In this document: one piece after another, positions 57,907 to 64,000 of the stretch
How the letters are laid out: every line of letters starts with the position of its first letter
How positions within the stretch are numbered: the stretch's first letter is position 1
Virus record (IMG/VR): IMGVR_UViG_3300028833_000144
Location: 10,008-74,007 of that record
Direction: 5' to 3' (one strand)
DNA: 64,000 bases
Origin: a virus
Taxonomy: Duplodnaviria > Caudoviricetes
Notes under the pieces: model-generated
Databases searched by the model: none
What the model saw: only the letters and a program-made list of their open reading frames with translations
What the model was told of the DNA's origin: nothing
Position numbers and translations under genes: made by a program

Positions 57907-58245
57907 TCATCCCTCCCATCTCATCAAGTTGAGCTGGATGTGGGAACAGCGCATCGTGCCTGTCCAGATCCTCGGTTTTCCATTGATCTCGTAGGTGTTA
58001 CCATCGAACTCGATGTGATCTCCGGCTTTAACATCCGAGTCATCAGGGAGATAGGCTGTCCATCCGTCAGATATACCGAGGATGCGCCCATCCTGCGACA
58101 AGGAAGTTGATGCCGGCTGAACAGAACAACCATGAATGTCAAAAGGTTCTTCGGTGTTTTCCCAATCAGGGACCAAAGAACCTCTCACATCCTTATATTT
58201 CGGTCTGATGACCGTTATTGTCTGATTAGCAAAAGAAGGAAGCAT
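57907..58245 (-). CDS. Head-closure protein
   Basis: GCSVQP..DVKAGDHIEFDG.TYEING. Confidence 0.7.
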   Translation of the reverse strand: MLPSFANQTITVIRPKYKDVRGSLVPDWENTEEPFDIHGCSVQPASTSLSQDGRILGISDGWTAYLPDDSDVKAGDHIEFDGNTYEINGKPRIWTGTMRCSHIQLNLMRWEG

Positions 58246-58246
58246 A

Positions 58247-58657
58247 TCAATGACACTCCCTTCTCTCTTTCATTAAACTCAATGCGCTTATCTGCTGTCT
58301 TCTAAGACCAAGTGTCTTCAGATCGGAAGGCCAGAGTTTTATTGAACCACTTGAGTTGGGAAGGCTGAACGACTGCGACACACCGCCCGCCGCTTCACTG
58401 TATGAAGTTGCGGGAAGTTGTGTGCCGGGAGTGTTCAACTCTCTCATAACCACGTCACAAACTACACCCTTCGCCACATCTGACAGGTCGGGATCGGCAG
58501 TGATCATCTGATCGAAGTCTCTTCCGACCTTCTTGGCTTCAACACGAATCAGCGAACTGATGACAGGGATGAGCGCATTTGCTCTGTCCTGCTCCGCTTG
58601 CGTCAGAGGTCTTTTGAGACTCTGTATATCCGCAACAGTTGCATAGTTTGTTCCCAT
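58247..58657 (-). CDS. Head-tail connector (Gp19/Gp15/Gp42-like)
   Basis: NYATVADI..RPLT..EQDRA..S..AGGVSQSF..LKTLGL. Confidence 0.8.
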   Translation of the reverse strand: MGTNYATVADIQSLKRPLTQAEQDRANALIPVISSLIRVEAKKVGRDFDQMITADPDLSDVAKGVVCDVVMRELNTPGTQLPATSYSEAAGGVSQSFSLPNSSGSIKLWPSDLKTLGLRRQQISALSLMKERRECH

Positions 58658-58667
58658 AGTTCACCTC

Positions 58668-58847
58668 TTATTTCTTCGTTGTTCTTCTTCTCTTTTTAGG
58701 CGCTTCGATCACTTCTTCTGTGGGGACTGTGGAAATAGCGGCAGACTTTTCAGCCTTGCCGCCTATCTTCTCCCAGTTCTTTCCGTTTAACTCGGAAGCC
58801 ACATCAATGATCGCGCCCGTGACTTTGTTTCGATAGCGCATGATCAT
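58668..58847 (-). CDS. Small basic protein after MCP
   Basis: YRNKVTGAIIDVASEL.G.NWE; RBS AAGGAG. Confidence 0.65.
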   Translation of the reverse strand: MIMRYRNKVTGAIIDVASELNGKNWEKIGGKAEKSAAISTVPTEEVIEAPKKRRRTTKK

Positions 58848-58855
58848 TCCGCTCC

Positions 58856-59728
58856 TTACTCTTCGATTCTTGCGAATGCTGCACCATCGAGGATAGCCCA
58901 ACCAATCCATGCCTCTGTTCTGAGGTAAACCTGGTTGTAACCCTTGAGGTCCTTGCCGGAGTTGTCAGGATCACCGTACTCGATAACCTCGAGGTTGATG
59001 GACTCTGCATAGCCCCACTTGAATGCGTTCTCAAAGTCACCGCAATATGCGTGCTTACCGGTAACTGCGGAAACTGTGCTGTTTACAGAGGAAGGAACGC
59101 CCTTGATGGACTCAGGCTGTCCGCCCCACTGAAGCTCAGGATACTGAGATACGCCATTGACCTTGAGGCCTGCGAGAGCCTGTGCGAATGTCTTGTCGAT
59201 TGCGATACCGTTGAGGTCGTAATCACCAAGAGCTGCAACTGCTGTCTCGACATTTCCTTCCGGATCAGGTGAGAGCGGGTTGTAAGTAATATCATTTACA
59301 TCTGTGTTCGTGTCGAATGAGTTTGTTCCGATTGCTGTCGCAGCAGAACCAGTTGCGGGATTAACACCATGGAAAGCCATGATATCAAGACCACGAGCGA
59401 CCTTCTTTGCGAAGCCCTCATTGAATGCTCTGAGATACTCGAGCTGCTTCTCCTCGGAGCAACGAACGAACTCATCAGATACTCTCTGGCCATACTCGAT
59501 CTTGAGAGGAACCATTCTGATAACACTGTTTCCGCCTGTGTGCTCACCCTTTGCAGCTCCTTCGGCTACGAGATTGACTTCTCCATCGAGAGAAAAGGTC
59601 ATGATGTCTGTACCGCTGAATGCGATAGGTGTCTGCTTTGCGAGCTTCGCGATGGAAGACTTGCCCTGTGCTGCTACGAATACTTCCCTTACCAACTCAG
59701 AAGGGAAACCTGCTGATGTGAAAGCCAT
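58856..59728 (-). CDS. Major capsid protein (phage B, r1t-like)
   Basis: GKSSIAKLA.QTPI, PLKIEYGQRVSDEF, ARGLDIMAFHG, YNQVYLRTEA.IGW. Confidence 0.9.
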   Translation of the reverse strand: MAFTSAGFPSELVREVFVAAQGKSSIAKLAKQTPIAFSGTDIMTFSLDGEVNLVAEGAAKGEHTGGNSVIRMVPLKIEYGQRVSDEFVRCSEEKQLEYLRAFNEGFAKKVARGLDIMAFHGVNPATGSAATAIGTNSFDTNTDVNDITYNPLSPDPEGNVETAVAALGDYDLNGIAIDKTFAQALAGLKVNGVSQYPELQWGGQPESIKGVPSSVNSTVSAVTGKHAYCGDFENAFKWGYAESINLEVIEYGDPDNSGKDLKGYNQVYLRTEAWIGWAILDGAAFARIEE

Positions 59729-59744
59729 AATTCTTTCTCCTTTA

Positions 59745-60209
59745 TTAATTAGTTTTTATTGCGCCAAGAAGGGACTTCATCGCCGTTTTTGCCGGATCAG
59801 TCGATTCTCCGCTTTCTGTTGATTTTGTCGGTGCGAGAACGGTTCCCGCTCCAACGAGCTTCTTCAAGGACTCCGCGTCAGCTCGGATGGACTCTTCATC
59901 TTCTCCGCTGATTCTGGAAATCCAGTCATAAGACAACCCGACCTCATGAGCGATCCGGCTCTTCAACGATGTCGTCTCGTATGTTTTTACTTTCGCTGTG
60001 AGATCTGCGATCGTCTGCTCATCGTTCTTGTGAGCTTCCTTGTAATCACTAAATGCCTTGTTAGCCTCTTCGATTCCCTTCTGATGGTCTTCCGGAGAGA
60101 TCCATCCTTTGAACCTGTTTTCAGCGGACTCCCGCTCGCGCTTCAGGCGATTCGTGATGATCTTGTCGAGCTCTTCCTGTGTCTCGATGGGCTTGAATTC
60201 TTCTGACAT
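59745..60209 (-). CDS. Capsid scaffolding protein (phage B)
   Basis: FKPIETQEELDKII..RL.GEDEESIRADAE. Confidence 0.8.
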   Translation of the reverse strand: MSEEFKPIETQEELDKIITNRLKRERESAENRFKGWISPEDHQKGIEEANKAFSDYKEAHKNDEQTIADLTAKVKTYETTSLKSRIAHEVGLSYDWISRISGEDEESIRADAESLKKLVGAGTVLAPTKSTESGESTDPAKTAMKSLLGAIKTN

Positions 60210-60255
60210 AATTTTGTCCTTTCCCCGATTTTGTCCGTTCGGTAACGTGAATTTA

Positions 60256-61641
60256 TTAATAACTAACGCGCTGCTTCTTGACTTCTTTGTAAGTCGAACA
60301 GGCGTGAGTTGCTAATACACAAGACTCGATGAGTGCCACTTCAATGTCATCATCTAAAGTCTTGTAACCGTAACCGCCACCCGAGCCAATCGCACGGTGC
60401 TGACAGTTTGTGACTGATTGCCTCAATCCTGGCTGTCCACAGTGACATATCGTCTTCTTTGTGATGGCTGTTTCGAAGTCTGAGGATGCTTGAACAACTT
60501 CCTTAACCTTGCAAGCGTTCACGCCCTTGAGCTTTTGCTTTTGACACTCTTTGATAAATGTCTCGAGCCCGGAAGCACCGTCAACCAAGACCGTCTTCAC
60601 GTTACACTTAATCAAGAAGTTGATTATCCAGTCATTTCCTTCGCGCTGGTTCCTGCAATCAATCGCTTCAACGAATATCCGGTCATCGTCGGTCTTGACC
60701 GCAACTGACAGACAGGCATTCATTCCATCGCAACCGAATTTGACACCTGCACAAAGAGGAGCCTTGATCTTCGGCTTCTCCACTTTGCACGCGTCCCACT
60801 CAGGTGCGCTTATCGCGGACTGCTGATTGTATTGGATCCATAAACCTAAGCGCTGGATGTTGAAGTCGATATCATCGCCGTTGATCTCGTCTCGAATGGT
60901 CCTCTCCGTCAGGATGGTTCCAAGAGACGGGTTCGTCAGATACCATGCTTCTTTGTCGTTGACATCCGTCTTATGATCGACTGACCACTCCGCCCACCCT
61001 GCGTTGATCTTGTTGCCCTGAATGGTGTCGTCGCGATAGTCACGGAAAACATCACCGCCGGACACCGCTGTCGGAGGCGTTCCACACATGATGGTCTGCG
61101 GGTTCTTCGATGATGATGTGACGTAGTTTAGAGCCGTCTGCTGCGCCTTGGTGTATTCCTGCGCCTCGTCGATTATAAGAAGATCGTAACCGGAACCAAG
61201 AGCGCCTGATGAGGTTCGTGTTCTGAAGTCTACACAGCCACCCGTTGACAAAATCTCGATTCGCTCTCGACCGATAGCCTTATAAGTAACTATCTCTACT
61301 CCGATCGCCTCGAGTCTTGCCTTCAGACGTTCCCACGCGATGTGGGCCGTGTCCGTCAGGTGCGCTGTGTGCAGGATGTGTTCTCCTGTGAACAGCCCCC
61401 AGATCTCGCGCATGGTCAGGTCTTCCGTCTTGCCATTTCGTCGTGGGACGGAATAACCGAACTTCGTGTGAACCCATAGGCCATCTTCAGTCGTGGCCAT
61501 GATGTCATTAATCAATAACGCCTGCCATTCTTGACAGACGTTATTGCTCATATCGTATAACTGGACTGCTTCATCCCCGTATGACTTCTCATACGGCAAT
61601 ATGACAGATAAAGTCGGGATCTGATTCCCGACTTTAGTCAT
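60256..61641 (-). CDS. terL: Terminase large subunit (r1t-like, phage B)
   Basis: GNQIPT, VPRRNGKTE, FRTRT, DLLIIDEAQEY, GTPP. Confidence 0.92.
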   Translation of the reverse strand: MTKVGNQIPTLSVILPYEKSYGDEAVQLYDMSNNVCQEWQALLINDIMATTEDGLWVHTKFGYSVPRRNGKTEDLTMREIWGLFTGEHILHTAHLTDTAHIAWERLKARLEAIGVEIVTYKAIGRERIEILSTGGCVDFRTRTSSGALGSGYDLLIIDEAQEYTKAQQTALNYVTSSSKNPQTIMCGTPPTAVSGGDVFRDYRDDTIQGNKINAGWAEWSVDHKTDVNDKEAWYLTNPSLGTILTERTIRDEINGDDIDFNIQRLGLWIQYNQQSAISAPEWDACKVEKPKIKAPLCAGVKFGCDGMNACLSVAVKTDDDRIFVEAIDCRNQREGNDWIINFLIKCNVKTVLVDGASGLETFIKECQKQKLKGVNACKVKEVVQASSDFETAITKKTICHCGQPGLRQSVTNCQHRAIGSGGGYGYKTLDDDIEVALIESCVLATHACSTYKEVKKQRVSY

Positions 61642-61689
61642 CTTTGATCTTTACCTCCTGTGGCTTGTCTCTCGAATGTAATTTCATAG

Positions 61690-62541
61690 TTACACACTCC
61701 TGCTTGCTCTCGCCCTTGCGAGCCTCTCGGCTGCTTCTGCGAGCTGTCGCCTTTGTTCGTCCGTCAAGTTACGTTCTGCATTACTCAATCGCCTGATTTC
61801 CGAAGACGGAGCAGACTGTGTCCGCCGCGTCTGGTCGGCAGGCTCAACAAATTGAGTGCGGACCTGATTATTAACTCGCTCCGTGTAACGCGAGCCGTTG
61901 CGCTCCGTCACGAAGTCGATAGTGCAACGACAGTTCTCGTGTCTTCTCCAAACATCGTTACCCGTTCCCCGGACTTCGTCATAGTTATATGTCCCGGCAA
62001 CCTCACGACACCAAGCGCAAGCCTTAAACTCTGCCACGCGAATGACTTTCGACTCGATACCGACTCGACTCATCACACTCGCGTTGCTTCTTATTGATTC
62101 ATCGACTACGTTTTGCGAAAAATTCGCAATTTGGTCGTAAAAAGTGTCTTCTATATTGGTGAATTCGGGATTTTCGCGTAATTCTTCGACCATTCCGTAA
62201 CAGCGGTCCTTGTCAAACCTCGGTTCCACATACCGCATCCCGAGCTCTGCGTCAGCATTCATGTTTTCTTGAACTGTCCGGCAGGCTTCAGATACGATTG
62301 CATGGTCAAGACCGAGTGACTTCGGAAGAAGGTTCTCAATATCCCAGTCTGCTATGCTCGTTTCCGGCGCATACTCTCTCAGGACACGAGCAAGACATTC
62401 ACCCACCCGTGCCGCATAAGCCGAAGCGGTCGAATATGTCCCGCGTCCTGAATTAATGAGCGCCAGAAGGTTTTGAGCTCTCGTATCTTCCGCGAGCGCA
62501 TCCAGGAACGGACCTTTGATGTCTTCGTAAGTAACCATCAC
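61690..62541 (-). CDS. Minor head protein (r1t ORF28/MuF-like)
   Basis: CAWCREVAGTY..RRHENCRC. Confidence 0.7.
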   Translation of the reverse strand: MMVTYEDIKGPFLDALAEDTRAQNLLALINSGRGTYSTASAYAARVGECLARVLREYAPETSIADWDIENLLPKSLGLDHAIVSEACRTVQENMNADAELGMRYVEPRFDKDRCYGMVEELRENPEFTNIEDTFYDQIANFSQNVVDESIRSNASVMSRVGIESKVIRVAEFKACAWCREVAGTYNYDEVRGTGNDVWRRHENCRCTIDFVTERNGSRYTERVNNQVRTQFVEPADQTRRTQSAPSSEIRRLSNAERNLTDEQRRQLAEAAERLARARASRSV

Positions 62542-63764
62542 TCAATACCCGTCAGCCTTCTCATCCTCGATTCGTCAATATAATCGGGGATGGCAAGATT
62601 CAACTTCTGGACTCCATCACCGATGGCGCTAAGCATCTGCGCGTCAGGCTCGAACGTGGGTTTCCACATCATCTGCGTTTCGAAGATGACTTCGCGTCTG
62701 TAGTCTTCGTTGTCTCTCATGCAAGCGCCAATATAGCCGACATTCTTGAAGCCGACCGAGAAACATCTCTGTGCCTTGCTTGCTGCAAGCCTCAGATTCT
62801 CGTGTGCCGCCTTGATTGCTTCTGCGCTTGACGGATTACTCGTGACGAATCCCAGATCATCAAGAGTCAGTCCCGTTTCTCCTGCGAATAATGAAGCCGT
62901 CGCCTTCAGCTGTTCAACGTGGGGAGCCATCGAAGATGCTTGGAACTGTCCGAGTGTCGGCTTGTCTCCATCCTCATCCTTCGAGAATGTCAGCATCGCC
63001 GACATTGTCGCCTGCCATTTATCCATAACGTCCGCATCAGGACTCACGCCCGTCACGTACTTCTGCGGGAATGAATAGAACTCTGACGAGATTTCCATTC
63101 TCTTCACCGTTCTCATCGCGCTTGCTGAGTATTCCATACAAGCACGAGAAATTCTCGAATGACCGAACGGTCTTTTCGCGTCAGGTCTGTATATGATCGG
63201 GACCAGTGAGCAATATCTGGACTTGAATTCTTCGACCAGAACGGGATCAGTCTCGTCCTTCTCGTAATACTCAACACGGCCCGGTGTGAAGTACGCCCAC
63301 CTTGTCGGAACATCCTGATCGTCTCTCTCCAAAACTGCATACCCTTCAAGGAGCAGCTTCGTGAAGTCGTCGATGATACCCGTTGCGTTGGATCCATCAA
63401 TGATATTGAACCGCATTTTCGTCTCTTCTTTGAACTTCTCGCCTCGTGTAATATGCACGAACGCGCATGAAGTTATGAGTGAAGACAGGATTGCATCATC
63501 AAAGAAGATGTCAGGATTGTTCAAGTTAAACATCTCCTGCATCATGAAAATATCGTTCTCAAAACTGTCAAACTGGAGACGATCGGCAAGGTTATCAACG
63601 GCCTTGGTACACCATCCATTGACCACTTCGAACCAACGAAGACCTTCCGGAGTTGAAATTCCAAGGTCGTGAGCAGTCTGCTTCTGCTCATAATATCTAT
63701 AACGGAGAAGGACTCTCCTTCTCTTGAGTTCCAGCTTTTTAGCCAGATAAGTCATCCCCTTCAT
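62538..63764 (-). CDS. Portal protein (phage B, r1t-like)
   Basis: RYRYYE, GWCTKAVDNLADRL, RPFGHSRI, SEFYSFPQKY, NPSSAEAI. Confidence 0.9.
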   Translation of the reverse strand: MKGMTYLAKKLELKRRRVLLRYRYYEQKQTAHDLGISTPEGLRWFEVVNGWCTKAVDNLADRLQFDSFENDIFMMQEMFNLNNPDIFFDDAILSSLITSCAFVHITRGEKFKEETKMRFNIIDGSNATGIIDDFTKLLLEGYAVLERDDQDVPTRWAYFTPGRVEYYEKDETDPVLVEEFKSRYCSLVPIIYRPDAKRPFGHSRISRACMEYSASAMRTVKRMEISSEFYSFPQKYVTGVSPDADVMDKWQATMSAMLTFSKDEDGDKPTLGQFQASSMAPHVEQLKATASLFAGETGLTLDDLGFVTSNPSSAEAIKAAHENLRLAASKAQRCFSVGFKNVGYIGACMRDNEDYRREVIFETQMMWKPTFEPDAQMLSAIGDGVQKLNLAIPDYIDESRMRRLTGIE

Positions 63765-63961
63765 TATTTCCCACTCCTAATCTTTTTGATGATATCGTCA
63801 GCACTTGGACGGTCTTCTGACACGGACGCACCGGCTGCATCCATTATCTTTTGCATTGTCTGGATTGCTTGTATTCGCACCGCCGGAGAGGTCTCCAAGT
63901 CGTCTCGAATAGCGATCAATGTCTGAATGTTCAATTCAGTTTCTTTGTCGAGCTTAATCAT
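63764..63961 (-). CDS. Small helical protein, possible TerS of phage B
   Basis: GGGAGG RBS before ATG at 63961; upstream of portal. Confidence 0.4.
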   Translation of the reverse strand: MIKLDKETELNIQTLIAIRDDLETSPAVRIQAIQTMQKIMDAAGASVSEDRPSADDIIKKIRSGK

Positions 63962-64000
63962 TGTCTTCCCTCCCGGGGTTTTATAAGGCAATATGTCACA

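Noticed and set aside
1-64000. Opposite-strand and nested ORFs in the supplied track (e.g. 2303-3046, 4400-4816, 45280-45762, 48985-49515, 59304-59822)
   Set aside because: They are shadows of well-supported genes, with no RBS or family motifs. The exception is 36658-37179, which has a recognisable motif.
1-64000. Integrase, att sites or host genes marking prophage borders
   Set aside because: No tyrosine or serine recombinase motif and no housekeeping gene were recognised. The recA, ssb and ftsK-like genes are divergent and embedded in phage operons.

Overview
The whole window is tailed-phage (Caudoviricetes) DNA. AAGGAGG ribosome-binding sites and sigmaA-type promoters point to a Bacillota host (inference). 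No host housekeeping genes, integrase or CRISPR array were seen. It has two parts. (A) 1-~47,160, AT-rich. A leftward head operon runs TerS, a displaced Dit-like gene, PBSX-type TerL with a 134-aa mini-intein, portal, minor capsid, GP20 scaffold, MCP and neck genes. A ~1.1 kb strand-asymmetric non-coding switch region follows, then a rightward cluster of ~30 small early genes (clamp-like, FtsK-like, Zn-finger cassettes). A long leftward block carries holin/endolysin, a six-gene Gln/Asn/Gly-rich cassette, SNF2 helicase, an unusual C5-methyltransferase locus, Gp157, SSAP, SSB, initiator with iterons, G39P-like loader, MazG, an NTP-transferase/glycosyltransferase pair, an atypical tRNA-Gln, RecU and RecA. 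(B) ~47,160-64,000, visibly more GC-rich: a second, unrelated and complete r1t-like head-tail module. It ends in a CLec-type tail-fibre gene with a probable fossil DGR template and a truncated holin at the junction. The strongest candidate for an undescribed system is the C5-MTase locus (34,108-37,381). It is split and circularly permuted and has an EcoHK31I-beta-like overprinted ORF. An HNH domain is inserted in frame. Its target-recognition repeats are scattered over reading frames that switch at seven G6-G7 tracts.
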